Assembly (NCBI GenBank): GCA_963792415.1
Contig: CAWBVY010000006.1
Location: 480,001 to 544,000 of the forward strand
From: Candidatus Deferrimicrobiaceae bacterium
Lineage (GTDB): Bacteria; Desulfobacterota; Deferrimicrobia; Deferrimicrobiales; Deferrimicrobiaceae
Direction of reading: 5' to 3'
DNA: 64,000 nucleotides
Of the stretch, positions 40,173 through 50,723 are shown piece by piece. Under the pieces are notes generated by a model. The model did no database searches, had not been told where the DNA came from, and worked only from the letters and a program-made list of their open reading frames with translations. The position numbers and the translations under genes were made by a program. The first letter of the stretch is position 1. Each line of letters starts with the position of its first letter.

Positions 40173-40176
40173 AGCC

Positions 40177-40617
40177 TTACCGTTCCTCGACCTTCCAGGG
40201 GTCCCAATATCTCGCATCGTACCGGATATCGTCGTTCCGGCTCTCCTCCACGGTCGAGGTGGAGAAGAAGACCAGGACGGCGTCCCCGGTCAGGGACATG
40301 AAGCCGTTGGCGTGCCCCTCGGGAATGTACAACACCGCGGGTTTCTCCGCGGAGAGGACGAATCGCTTGACCGGGAGGTCCTTCGAGGGATTTTCCCAAT
40401 CGTCGATCTTCACGGCGCCAACCAACGCGCTCCCCCGGGCCACGAACACGTACTTCGCCTCCCGCCGGTGTGCGTGCCAGGCCCTGACAAAGCCGGCAGT
40501 GTGGTTCCTCACCACGTAGAAACGCCTGACCCCCGCGAAGTCGAAACCGTTCACGAAGGACACGGCCCCCCTGTCGTCCACCGCAAGACCGCCCTCGATC
40601 AGCCTTGCTCCTTCCAT
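40177..40617 (-). CDS. RmlC-like cupin sugar epimerase/isomerase
   Basis: DDRG, VRAWHAH, LYIPEGHANGF. Confidence 0.85.
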   Translation of the reverse strand: MEGARLIEGGLAVDDRGAVSFVNGFDFAGVRRFYVVRNHTAGFVRAWHAHRREAKYVFVARGSALVGAVKIDDWENPSKDLPVKRFVLSAEKPAVLYIPEGHANGFMSLTGDAVLVFFSTSTVEESRNDDIRYDARYWDPWKVEER

Positions 40618-40627
40618 GCCCCACCCC

Positions 40628-41591
40628 CTAAATATTGGAACCGGTCCCGGACGGCACGTGAGTGCGGAACCGCTCCAGGAAGAGCTGGTTCGTGTACCGC
40701 GGATTGTTGACGTCCTTGATCCGGCAATTCACGACGAGTTCCTTGACCTCCTCGATCCCCCCGTCGATGGACTCGACCGGCTGGAAGCCGAACACCCGTA
40801 TCGCCTTTTCGCTCTGCACCCGGTAATTCCGGGCGTCCTGGAATTTCATCTCGGTCCGCTCGATCTCGATGTCCGGGAAATGGTTCCGGACCTGGTAGGC
40901 CAGGTCGATGATCCGGACGTTCTGCCTGTTCAGATTGAAAACCCCCGTGTGGGGAGTCTCGAGGTTCGAGATCACGGCCCGGGCCGCATCCCGGACGTGC
41001 AGCAAGGGGCGGAATTGGTCGCCGCCGAATACCCGGATAACTCCGTCCATGGCGGCGCGAACCACCAGGGTGTTCACCACTAGGTCGAGCCGGATCCGGG
41101 AGAAAAGGTCCCCCACGCCGAATAAGGTCCCCAAACGAAAGATGATCGCGTTTTTTCCCAATAGAGCCTTCTCCGCACCAAGCTTCGTGGATGCGTAGAC
41201 GGAGAGGGGGTTGATCCGGGGACTCTTCATCGAGTTCCTTGTCCTGCGCGCCGTAGACGGAGCAGGTGGAGAGGAAGATGATGCGTCCATCGAAGTTTTT
41301 TGCGAGCCACTCGACCGAGCCCTGGTTGATCTCTGTCGCGATGTCCGGATTCAGGGCGCAGGCGCCGTCCCCCACGATGGCGGCAAGCCAGACCACCGCA
41401 TCCGCCCAATCCAGACAGGTCCGAAGCTTCTTCCGGTCGCGGATGTCTCCCGAAACGAATGGGACCTGTTTCCGGTAATCCTCCTCGTACAGTAGCGCAT
41501 CGAATACCTTTATATCGTGACGCGTCGCAGCGAGGACGTCCGTGACCGCGCCTCCGACATACCCCGCGCCTCCGACAATCAATACCCGCAT
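40628..41591 (-). CDS. NAD-dependent epimerase/dehydratase (frameshift near 41220)
   Basis: GGAGYVG, LAAIVGDGAC, STCSVYG, then NPLSVYASTK and RIRLDLVVN in the second frame. Confidence 0.88.
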
Positions 41592-41691
41592 GATTTCTCC
41601 ATTCAGGGTTAATTATAGCTTCAAGAATATTCGGGAACCCGGGGGAAAACCACCGTTGCTGCCGAAGTGGGACCCCCGATCCGGATCGTCC

Positions 41692-42597
41692 TCATCGCGA
41701 GTCAGGGTTGGAAGGGAGATCGCCTTCCATCCCGGACTCCGGGTAGTGGAGCCAGGAAACACGTTTGTAGCTGCGTGCCGGATCAGAAACTTTTCGGGCG
41801 TACCCAAGCGAGGAGAAGAACGTATCTATCGGGAGGCCACAGCCGCTTCCCACATAGCCAGGTGCACGGCAGCCGACCTCTCTCTTCCACCATTCATCAT
41901 CGAACCACACCCTGACGACCTCCATATCGCAAGAATCATCGGTATAGACAATTCCTCCGTCGATCAACAATGGCCAAATATGCCGGATGCAGTCTCGCAT
42001 TGAGGTAACAAGATCCACGTCGAGGAAAGCAAACGCGACAGGATCGCCTATTGACTTCAAGGACTCGGAAAAAAATCCCGGGAGGAACCGGCAGACGGAG
42101 GCATCGCCGTGGAGGAAGATGTTCTCCTTCACTTCTTCCATCCGCGCAGAATACATCCCCTTCCGGTAGTATCCATATACACCGATATGGGGGTATTCAT
42201 GCGTTACCTTGCCGTCATCTTCCGGCAGGCCCTCGAAGGAATCGCAGACAATGAGTTTTCGTCCGACTTTCTTGCATGCCAAGGAGAGGTTTGCGGTACT
42301 CCCTCCTTTCCAGCAACCGCACTCGACGACATCCCCCCGGACAGAAGGCGGTATGCAGAAGATCTCGGTTGCCAGAGCGACGTGGTACAGCCACGAGGTC
42401 GCGGATGGTATTACCCGCGTGTTATTCCGGAATTTCCGGACCAGGTCGGCCTTTGCCTTCCGGTCTATACCGTACTCCTTGCCAACGCCTTCCTCGTGGA
42501 ATCGCGCCAATACCATCCCGTGGATCGGGTTCAATGCCTGGTAGATCAACTTGCGTGCGGTGTTGCGAAGTCCATCGGACCTTCGAAATATACGCAT
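41692..42597 (-). CDS. TylF/MycF family O-methyltransferase
   Basis: GDVVECGCWKGGS, CDSFEGLP, GFFSESL, FLDVDL. Confidence 0.85.
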   Translation of the reverse strand: MRIFRRSDGLRNTARKLIYQALNPIHGMVLARFHEEGVGKEYGIDRKAKADLVRKFRNNTRVIPSATSWLYHVALATEIFCIPPSVRGDVVECGCWKGGSTANLSLACKKVGRKLIVCDSFEGLPEDDGKVTHEYPHIGVYGYYRKGMYSARMEEVKENIFLHGDASVCRFLPGFFSESLKSIGDPVAFAFLDVDLVTSMRDCIRHIWPLLIDGGIVYTDDSCDMEVVRVWFDDEWWKREVGCRAPGYVGSGCGLPIDTFFSSLGYARKVSDPARSYKRVSWLHYPESGMEGDLPSNPDSR

Positions 42598-42749
42598 TAT
42601 TTCCTGTCACCCTTGTCGATTTCCGGGATTCGTCCTACTCGCCCGGTATTCGAAGATTGTATCTCGATGTACCGACCAAAGGGCCTGGGAGATCTTGTGC
42701 CCCTGCATTTCTTTGCCGCAAAGGACCAGGATCTGCACGATCTACGGAT

Positions 42750-44063
42750 TCACTCCTCCCCGCCATGTGGCGTGGCTCCCCTGTTCTCCCCCCTGTAGTT
42801 CCCTGCAATCCCGCGGACCAGGTATTTTATGGATTCCGAGTTCATCGAACTGTCGAATTCGCGGGCAACCAGTTCCAGCCCCATATCCGTGATCCGGCGG
42901 ATCCTGTCCGGTGGAAGTTCCAGAACTTCCACGATTTTTCTCGATAACTCCCCGGGAGTTCTGGGTGGAACCAGGAACCCGTTTCGCCCATCGGAAATCC
43001 ACTCCCGGATTTGCGGTATATCCCCCATGATGACAGGGGTTCCACAAGCCAGAGCCTCCATCATGCAATTAGGCAGAGAATCATTGGATGAAATGGAAAC
43101 CATCAGATCGGAGGCGCTGTAATAAAGCGGCATGCGTTCCCAAGGAACCTGGCCACTCCACCGGAAGTTCTTCTCGATGCCCAACTTCCTCGTCCTTTCC
43201 TTATGTTTTTCCAACACATTTTCCCCCCCTGCCCCGGAAACGAACACGAAGAGAACACCGGGGGTTTTTTCCACCACATCAGCAGCCGATTCCACGATCA
43301 CATCACTGTTTAGATACCCCCCGAGCCCTCTGGGGCAGAGGATGACCTTACTTGCTTCGATATCAAGCGCAGATTTCGCTTCGGTTTTCGATGAAGGTTT
43401 GAATCTACCCCTGTCCACACCTGGATACCGTACCAAGTGGATTTTATCACCCGATACTCCATACCTGAGACAGGCATCCCGGGCGACGGTGGAATTCACC
43501 GTCATAGCTATCGCCCTTCGCACACCATAGGTGACCAATTTTTTCTTGAACACCCTTTCGATACCGTTCGACATCGCCCACCATGTGACATCTCCATTCC
43601 AGAAAGTAATGATGATCGGAATCGATTTCGGTAGCAGGAAGGCCAGGTAGCAAGGGTATACCAGTGTTTGCAAGATAATGACCTGGGGGGTGTATTTCCT
43701 TACTGCCTTCCTTAGAGTCATCGCATCCTTGGCCGACTTCATTAGATCAAACGCGAGCCAGACAAATGTGAGCCGGGCTAGGATTTTTTTTACCTTTTCA
43801 AAGGGAAGCGATTTCCCCTCTCTGCTTTCGCGGTGGATGTCCATCCCTTCAGAGGAAGTTTCCTCTTGCCGGTTTCGCCGTGCACCATGCAGGAGGACAT
43901 TTGTCGCTCGTTCAAAACCAAAGTCGTGTGTGGAAGCGACGGTAACCGAAAAACCTGGATCGCTCTCGAATATCCGGATCCGCCGCCATGCGTGTATGGA
44001 GGGACCCCATGAAAGAATAAGCACCCGGATCGGAGAATGTAGTTGCTGTCCGGAATCGCTCAA
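42750..44063 (-). CDS. GT4 glycosyltransferase
   Basis: YPGVDRGRF, YSASDLMVSIS, PNCMMEALACGTPVI. Confidence 0.88.
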   Translation of the reverse strand: MSDSGQQLHSPIRVLILSWGPSIHAWRRIRIFESDPGFSVTVASTHDFGFERATNVLLHGARRNRQEETSSEGMDIHRESREGKSLPFEKVKKILARLTFVWLAFDLMKSAKDAMTLRKAVRKYTPQVIILQTLVYPCYLAFLLPKSIPIIITFWNGDVTWWAMSNGIERVFKKKLVTYGVRRAIAMTVNSTVARDACLRYGVSGDKIHLVRYPGVDRGRFKPSSKTEAKSALDIEASKVILCPRGLGGYLNSDVIVESAADVVEKTPGVLFVFVSGAGGENVLEKHKERTRKLGIEKNFRWSGQVPWERMPLYYSASDLMVSISSNDSLPNCMMEALACGTPVIMGDIPQIREWISDGRNGFLVPPRTPGELSRKIVEVLELPPDRIRRITDMGLELVAREFDSSMNSESIKYLVRGIAGNYRGENRGATPHGGEE

Positions 44064-46036
44064 GAGGCAATCTCCAATCGTGGGCCCGTAAGGTCAACAG
44101 GACGATCCAACACTTCTCGGCACCACAATTCGGTCATCATCAGTAACCAAGGCCTCGCCCAGTCACTGCGGCATCGAAGGAAATTCTCTTTTATCGACTG
44201 CGACATACCGAAGTCGAATAATCCCCTCTCACGGACCGCAACAGGTGATAAGGCATCCTCAAAGACATCCCGTAACGGACCACTCAACCAGGAACCAAAG
44301 GGCATCCCGAACCCACGTTTTCCCTGCAAATCCATCCCTTCCGGCAGAAGTCCCTTCCCGGCATCGATGAGGATCTTCTTGGCACCCGTTTCCCTGTAGG
44401 TTCCCGTTCCCGGGGGCTTTCGATGCGGCGGATCCCCAAGTTTCGCATTGGGTGGAAGGGATAAAGCCAGGTCGACCAGTGCAGGATCGAGGAAAGGAAC
44501 ACGCACCTCAAGAGAGTGGGCCATGGAAACCGCATCGATATCCCGGAGCAGTTGGTTCTGTGTGTAGCCGCGAAGGCACAAAGCGGTGACCCTCTCGACC
44601 GGCTTCGCTCCCGGAAGTTCGTCGCCCAGGATGTCCATCGCCGGCTCGCGGCCTATCCGGACGACTTTTCTCAGGTCGGGCGAGAGGATTTTCGCGGCCC
44701 CGCGCGGCCCGAAGATCTGGTAACACCGTGCGTACCTGGACACAAAACCAGTAAGGGAACGTCCCATCTCGATTGGGATTCCTGCCGGGCCGTCGATCCA
44801 TGAATCGAAATGACTCCTTTGGCACATGGAACCCAACGATCTTTTCAGCGAAGCCGCCCTGGGGTGCAGCCGGTCGTTTTCGGAAGCAGCGGACATCGAA
44901 AGAAACCAGGGATAACCGGCGAACAGTTCGTCTCCTCCTGTCCCGGATATCGCGACCGTCACTGCCTGCCGGGCGGCCAGAGAAACGAAATAGGAGTTCA
45001 CCCCGTCGACCGAGGGCTGGTCCAGGGAGGACGCGATGTGGGCAATCCTGTCCCGTACATCCTCCCCAGTTACGAGAACCCTTCGGTGGTCCGTGCCGAT
45101 AAACCTTGCAACCTGTTCCGCATCATCCGTCTCGTCCATGTGGGCCCCTTCCGCGCCGAATCCGACGGAGAAGGTCTTCACCTTGCGTGCACCGATCCGG
45201 GACATCAACGCAACCAGCAGAGAGGAATCCACACCGCCACTCAGGAACGCGCCCAAGGGCACGTCGCTGATCATCTGTAATCGAACGCTCTCCTCCAGGG
45301 CAGAACGGACCTCATGGACTAGGTCTTCATACGGTCGATTCCTCAGGTCCTCCCTTCTGTCGGTTTCAAGCTTCCAATATCGCTCGATCCGTTCGACTCC
45401 TCCCTCCATGATCAGTCGATGCCCCGGAAGGAGCATCCTCACCCCCGCCAGGATCGTCAACGGTTGCGGGATCGAGCCGTGAGTCAAGAGCAGCCGCAAT
45501 GCCTCGGGGTCGATGTTCCTCTCCACGAGTCCGCTTGCGAGTAGCGATTTGATCTCCGAGGCGAAAAGGAACCGGGAACCCGCCCGAGTGTACAGAAGGG
45601 GCTTGATGCCGATCTGGTCCCTTGCCAGAACCAATCGTTCCTTCCCTTGGCCTTTCCTTCGGTCGTAGAGGGCCAGGGCGAACATACCCCGGATTCTTCC
45701 CAGGAAATCATCACCGTAGTCCTCATACATCCGGAGGACCACTTCCGTGTCCGATGCCGAGGTGAAGTTGTACCCTTTCTTTCGCAGGATCTCGCGTTCG
45801 GGTTGGAAATTATAGGTTTCGCCGTTGTAGACGATATGTATCGAACCGTCCGGGTTGGACATGGGCTGGTGGCCAGTGGGGGTGGTGTCGATAATGGCCA
45901 ACCTCGCCATGCCGAGCATTATCCCATCATCCCGGAAGACACCGGCGTCGTCAGGCCCCCGATGACGCATGGCAGATATCATGGATTCGGCGGCCTGCCA
46001 TGGAGCGGTCCCGAGAATGCCGCATATTCCGCACAC
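44060..46036 (-). CDS. asnB: AsnB-like glutamine amidotransferase (glycan amidation type)
   Basis: Start (M)CGICG, HRGPD, YNGE, RDQIGIKPL, FLSGGVDSS, SGTGGDELFAGY, EVRVPFLD. Confidence 0.92.
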   Translation of the reverse strand: MCGICGILGTAPWQAAESMISAMRHRGPDDAGVFRDDGIMLGMARLAIIDTTPTGHQPMSNPDGSIHIVYNGETYNFQPEREILRKKGYNFTSASDTEVVLRMYEDYGDDFLGRIRGMFALALYDRRKGQGKERLVLARDQIGIKPLLYTRAGSRFLFASEIKSLLASGLVERNIDPEALRLLLTHGSIPQPLTILAGVRMLLPGHRLIMEGGVERIERYWKLETDRREDLRNRPYEDLVHEVRSALEESVRLQMISDVPLGAFLSGGVDSSLLVALMSRIGARKVKTFSVGFGAEGAHMDETDDAEQVARFIGTDHRRVLVTGEDVRDRIAHIASSLDQPSVDGVNSYFVSLAARQAVTVAISGTGGDELFAGYPWFLSMSAASENDRLHPRAASLKRSLGSMCQRSHFDSWIDGPAGIPIEMGRSLTGFVSRYARCYQIFGPRGAAKILSPDLRKVVRIGREPAMDILGDELPGAKPVERVTALCLRGYTQNQLLRDIDAVSMAHSLEVRVPFLDPALVDLALSLPPNAKLGDPPHRKPPGTGTYRETGAKKILIDAGKGLLPEGMDLQGKRGFGMPFGSWLSGPLRDVFEDALSPVAVRERGLFDFGMSQSIKENFLRCRSDWARPWLLMMTELWCREVLDRPVDLTGPRLEIAS

Positions 46037-47037
46037 TACGGACGTTCCTCGGAAAAGTCTTCCTTTCCAATTCCCGTGGAAACCGACGGTTTCCACGCCA
46101 GGGCCTCGACCCCGTTTCCAGCGTATGCCGTCCGGATGCCCACCATTCCACAACGCTGAAGATGACCCGATATATCCTCGGCGCTTCGTAAATGCTTGTA
46201 GACATCGGTCAACGTGTCGTGCGTATCCAGTATGGCCCATTCCTCCAACAATTTCGGGCCGAGGGCAAGATAGGAGTCGTGATAATCGACCAGGGGAGAC
46301 AGTTGAAGGAACGCGGGCCGCACCTTCCCTAGAACGGGCAGATCCCGGATTTTCCAAAGCCATCTATGGAACGGCCAAAGGGATGTCGTCACTCCCTTGC
46401 TGATGCGATAAGCGAATCCGCTCGGCAACCGGGTCAGGATGGCGCGCAAGGCCCGCCGGGAGAATGTCAGGGAGTAGTCATACGAATAATGGTCAAGGAC
46501 CAGCATTCCGCCGGGTCGAACCTGGGAGCAAAGCGAGGACATGGTCTTCTCCGGGTCCGGGGTGTGCTGTACGACGCCGATGCAGATGACGATGTCGAAC
46601 TGTCCCGGGGGGAACGGAAGCTTCAGAATATCCGCTTGGCAGACATGATATTTTGGGTATTGTTTACAGTTTTCATAATTGGCTTCGACAGCTTCAGACA
46701 AATCCACCGCGCACAGATCTGCTCCCGATTCCAGTATCACCTCGCTGAAGCGACCCGCTCCACATCCTGCCTCGAGAACTTTTTTCCCCTCGAGAATCCC
46801 GAGCCGCCCCCCCAGAAGGCGGGCCAGTCTATCCCTCGAGATCGGAACTCCCGTATGGGAATCCATCTGGGTTTTTGAGAAGATCCGCCATTGCAACCCG
46901 AAGGAAGAGGCGTAATGCTTCTCCGAAATGAATCGGGGAATCATTGAAACCGTCCGATACCTGCAGCCGGAATCGCAGGAAAGGTGACCATTAATGCTCT
47001 GGAGCGGAGTCTTGTGGACCGGGCAGGACCAATTCAT
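46036..47037 (-). CDS. Class I SAM-dependent methyltransferase with N-terminal Trm112-like Cys motif
   Basis: CPVH...CDSGC, SFGLQW, VLEAGCGAGRF, GVVQHTPDP. Confidence 0.85.
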   Translation of the reverse strand: MNWSCPVHKTPLQSINGHLSCDSGCRYRTVSMIPRFISEKHYASSFGLQWRIFSKTQMDSHTGVPISRDRLARLLGGRLGILEGKKVLEAGCGAGRFSEVILESGADLCAVDLSEAVEANYENCKQYPKYHVCQADILKLPFPPGQFDIVICIGVVQHTPDPEKTMSSLCSQVRPGGMLVLDHYSYDYSLTFSRRALRAILTRLPSGFAYRISKGVTTSLWPFHRWLWKIRDLPVLGKVRPAFLQLSPLVDYHDSYLALGPKLLEEWAILDTHDTLTDVYKHLRSAEDISGHLQRCGMVGIRTAYAGNGVEALAWKPSVSTGIGKEDFSEERP

Positions 47038-47831
47038 CGATGGGATTTTTCCGGCACGCGCCACGCCGCCAGCAGGAGATACTGATCGAATTCGTTTGGC
47101 AACTTGCCGGGCCGGTGCACCAGATCACGCCAGGCGCCATAGGAGTTCACAGACACGGAAAATCCTGCATCCCCCAGCACATGGAGTAGGCGAGCAAACG
47201 CATTAACATTATCGTTCGACAGGTGGCATTCCACGATCAAATTGCCCACCAAAGACAAGCGGTCAGCGATATGCGGGATGACTTTGAATTCGGCGCCCTC
47301 TATATCCATCTTGATAAGATCGACAGGACCCGCGAGGAAGTCCTTCAGGTCGATGGACTCCACTAGGGTCGCGGAGGCCATTTCCCCGGACAATACCCTG
47401 CCGCCGTCGGCGCCTTCCATGAAAAACGGGACCCTCCCCGTTTCGGTCCAGACGGCCGCCTCGACCACGCGAACCTCGCTGGCCCCGTTGACGGACAGGT
47501 TGCGGCGCAATGCCCTCGCGGCGCACGGATCGGGCTCGAAAGCAGTTATTGACGCCTTGGGGTGACGTCTCAGGTAATTCAACACGCTGATGCCGATGTT
47601 CGCACCGCAGTCGAGAATGACGGGGTGTTCACTCTCCGTCATGAAATCGTTCCACCCCCGATACACCAGAATGTCGATGGAGGAGGCGATTGCAGCGCCG
47701 TCCAGATACTCCAGTTCCCATCCGACAATTGAAATATTTCCGGGGGTAAACCGGGGCCTTTTCGCCAGCGTCTTCAGCGAGCGCCGTCTCTTCTTCTCCG
47801 TCAGAAATGGGATCACATCCGATGGCCTCAT
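47034..47831 (-). CDS. FkbM family methyltransferase
   Basis: ILDCGANIG, AFEPDP, IKMDIEGAE. Confidence 0.9.
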   Translation of the reverse strand: MRPSDVIPFLTEKKRRRSLKTLAKRPRFTPGNISIVGWELEYLDGAAIASSIDILVYRGWNDFMTESEHPVILDCGANIGISVLNYLRRHPKASITAFEPDPCAARALRRNLSVNGASEVRVVEAAVWTETGRVPFFMEGADGGRVLSGEMASATLVESIDLKDFLAGPVDLIKMDIEGAEFKVIPHIADRLSLVGNLIVECHLSNDNVNAFARLLHVLGDAGFSVSVNSYGAWRDLVHRPGKLPNEFDQYLLLAAWRVPEKSHR

Positions 47832-49117
47832 GACATTCCCCCGAAGATCCGTATGTCATGTTCAAAATCGCAAGCGTAGGCTCCCGGGAACGGGTTCGTG
47901 AACCGGATGTCGTCGTGTCGGGCCTCCATGCGAAACATCGTTGCATAGCGCACGCCGTCATAGTCCGCATGGTTCAATATGCCGAGCCATAGCGCAACGG
48001 TATACGTGTCGGGCTTGAGAAGCAGGTTCTTCAGGCGGAAGCGACCCAACGCACTCTCCCCCGCATCCAGAGAGACGGAGTCGCCCCGAATCAAGGTATT
48101 GACGTCTACAATGCGATTTCCGAGATCGTCGTAGATAATGACCGCCACCGTCGCATTGGCGATCTTCTTTCGTGCCCGAAACTTAACAAGGATTTCCAAG
48201 TCGCACCCTGTTGCCGGGAGGTAAATCACTTTGCCGTCGACATTGAAACAGGTCAACTGGATTTCTTCGAACCGAACATCACCGGTTCCATAATGCTCCG
48301 CCGTGGTTAGATCAGACCGCCCAAAAGAACTCTCCCCCACCGTATTTTGATAACGGGAAACGGTATCTCTCGGCATTCCATATTCGACGACCCGCCCCTC
48401 GGACAATAAAATGCATTTCGTGCTCAACTCAAGTATGGACATCATGTTATGACTGACGAGAAGAACGGTTTGTCCGCTACGTGCGACATCCCCTAACTTA
48501 TCCAGGCATTTTTTTTGAAAGGCAACATCACCAACTGCGAGCACTTCGTCCACAATGAGAGTCTCCGGTTCGAGATGTGCCGCCACCGAAAACGCAAGCC
48601 GCACATACATCCCTGACGAATACCGTTTCACGGGAGTATCTAGGAATTTCTCGATCTCTGCGAAATCCACGATTTCATCGAATTTCCTCTTGATCTCCGC
48701 CTTCGTCATCCCGAGGATGGCGCCGTTGAGGAATATGTTCTCCCGCCCGGTCAGTTCCGGGTGGAATCCCGTTCCGACTTCCAACAAACTTCCCACCCTG
48801 CCTTTTATCCGCACCCGCCCCCCGGTCGGCTCCGTGATGCGGCTGAGGATTTTCAGCAAGGTGGACTTCCCCGCCCCGTTCCGGCCGATGATGCCGACCC
48901 GATCCCCTTGCTTCACCTCAAAAGAAACATCCTTCAGTGCCCAGATCTCCTCGACGCTGTTTCCCCGGGATCCGACTCGCATCGGGTGGAGGATCCGCCG
49001 GCCGGCATTTTTCGCGGTCTCGACCATGACGTCCCGCAGGGCGAGATACGGCTCGCGGGATTGATGCCCGATCAGGTAGCTTTTCGAGAGGTTCTCGACA
49101 TGGATCACCGTTCCCAT
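47828..49117 (-). CDS. wzt: Polysaccharide ABC exporter ATP-binding subunit with C-terminal Wzt_C domain
   Basis: WALKDVSF, GRNGAGKST, YSSGMYVRLAF, DEVLAVGD; about 170-aa C-terminal extension. Confidence 0.93.
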   Translation of the reverse strand: MGTVIHVENLSKSYLIGHQSREPYLALRDVMVETAKNAGRRILHPMRVGSRGNSVEEIWALKDVSFEVKQGDRVGIIGRNGAGKSTLLKILSRITEPTGGRVRIKGRVGSLLEVGTGFHPELTGRENIFLNGAILGMTKAEIKRKFDEIVDFAEIEKFLDTPVKRYSSGMYVRLAFSVAAHLEPETLIVDEVLAVGDVAFQKKCLDKLGDVARSGQTVLLVSHNMMSILELSTKCILLSEGRVVEYGMPRDTVSRYQNTVGESSFGRSDLTTAEHYGTGDVRFEEIQLTCFNVDGKVIYLPATGCDLEILVKFRARKKIANATVAVIIYDDLGNRIVDVNTLIRGDSVSLDAGESALGRFRLKNLLLKPDTYTVALWLGILNHADYDGVRYATMFRMEARHDDIRFTNPFPGAYACDFEHDIRIFGGMS

Positions 49118-49124
49118 CGACGCC

Positions 49125-49979
49125 TCAGATGATGTCCGCGAAAAATCGCTCGGTCCGGCGGAAGTAGACCAGACCGTACCAGCAGAGAGCGACCGTCAGG
49201 CCGATGGAGGCGAGGAATCCCGGCATGTAGAGTTGGGGGGACTGCCCGATCAATGCCCATCGGAATCCATCGATGACCCCTACCATGGGGTTGAGCGAAT
49301 AGAGCAGCCGCCACGAATCCGGGACGACGTTGCTGGAAAACCCGACCGGCGACACGTACACGCCGAACTGGACAACGAACGGCACCACATAGCGGAAGTC
49401 ACGGTACTTGACATTTATGGCCGAGAACCAGAAGCCCGCTCCCAGCGAGAGGAGGAGCACCAGCAGGGTGAAGAAGGGGAGAAACAGGACGCGCCAGCCG
49501 GGGACGAACCCGTACCATACCATGAGCCCGATGAGAATGCCGAACGAGATCAGGAAGTCGACGAGGCTCACTGCCACCGAACTGGCCGGCACGATCAACC
49601 GCGGGAAATAGATCTTGGAGATGAGCGCCGAGTTCCCGATGAGGGAGTTCGAACTCTCCTGCAGGGCGTTGGAGAAGAGCTGCCACGGCAGCATGGCCGC
49701 GAAGACCAGGATCGGGTACGGCGCGCCCTCGGACGGGAACTTCGCCAGCCGCCCGAACACCAGCGTCAAGACGACCATGGTCAGGAACGGGCGCAGGACA
49801 GCCCACGCCACCCCGATGGCCGTCTGCTTGTACCGCACAAGGATGTCCCGCCAGGCGAGGAAGAAGAACAGCTCCCTGAACCGCCACAGGTCGGCCCAGT
49901 GCCGTCCGAACCCACCCCCCGGCTCGATCACGAGGTCGAACGTCGGGGCAATTTCCGCTGCCTGATGCGTGTCGGTCAT
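49125..49979 (-). CDS. wzm: Polysaccharide ABC exporter permease
   Basis: WRDILVRYKQTAIGVAW, KIYFPR, LNPMVGVIDGFR, ERFFADII. Confidence 0.93.
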   Translation of the reverse strand: MTDTHQAAEIAPTFDLVIEPGGGFGRHWADLWRFRELFFFLAWRDILVRYKQTAIGVAWAVLRPFLTMVVLTLVFGRLAKFPSEGAPYPILVFAAMLPWQLFSNALQESSNSLIGNSALISKIYFPRLIVPASSVAVSLVDFLISFGILIGLMVWYGFVPGWRVLFLPFFTLLVLLLSLGAGFWFSAINVKYRDFRYVVPFVVQFGVYVSPVGFSSNVVPDSWRLLYSLNPMVGVIDGFRWALIGQSPQLYMPGFLASIGLTVALCWYGLVYFRRTERFFADII

Positions 49980-49987
49980 AGCGTTCC

Positions 49988-50581
49988 CTACCTGATCTGT
50001 TCTTTTTCCGAATCTCTACTGTGGGTACGTATTCCCGCCCCCTTGTCCCACAGTCTGACGACCGGGTCGAGGCTCTTCTTGTCCCTCAATTGCTCGAACT
50101 CCTCGCTGTTCAGGACCAGGGACCGGATCTTCCGCTGGATGTACGCCTCGGTCTTCTGCGAGAAATCGTCGAGCTGGACCTTGTCGATGTCTCCCACCAG
50201 CACGACGTCGATGACGCCGGTGTCCACGCCGCGGGCGTAATCGCCCACGAGGTAGGCAGCCTCCAGGTTTCCGAGCCGGTCCACCACGGACCTGACCATT
50301 TCGTCGATGCCCGTGATTTTGCGGACCATCGAGAAGAGTTCCGGGAACAGGGGATGGTCCGTGTTCGCCTGGTAGTAGACGTTCCGGCCGCTGCGCTCCG
50401 ACGTCAGGATCTTGTGCTCCGTCAGATGGTTGAGCTCGACGCGCACGGCGTTCGTCGATACCTCGAATTCCGAGGCCAACTCCCGCAGATAGGCTTTGAG
50501 CCCCGGGTTGAGAAACAGCTTGACGAGGATGCTGACCCTCGTCCGGGAAGGGATCACAGTATTGAGCGCACTTATAACCAT
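49988..50581 (-). CDS. Winged-HTH plus nucleotidyltransferase-like protein (regulator common in glycan loci)
   Basis: SRTRVSILVKLFLNP...YLRELASEFEVSTNAVRVELN; C-terminal GDYARGVDTGVIDVVLVG. Confidence 0.8.
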   Translation of the reverse strand: MVISALNTVIPSRTRVSILVKLFLNPGLKAYLRELASEFEVSTNAVRVELNHLTEHKILTSERSGRNVYYQANTDHPLFPELFSMVRKITGIDEMVRSVVDRLGNLEAAYLVGDYARGVDTGVIDVVLVGDIDKVQLDDFSQKTEAYIQRKIRSLVLNSEEFEQLRDKKSLDPVVRLWDKGAGIRTHSRDSEKEQIR

Positions 50582-50723
50582 TTCCGCCTTCCTCAATACG
50601 AGCATTATATCTACTCAATACCAAGCAGTCCAGCTTGTCAAGCTTATTCTATGCATTCCATTTTCCATGCATGATTTGCGAACGAGTATTCAGGGGAGGA
50701 GGAGGTATGCTATGCCCATGAAA

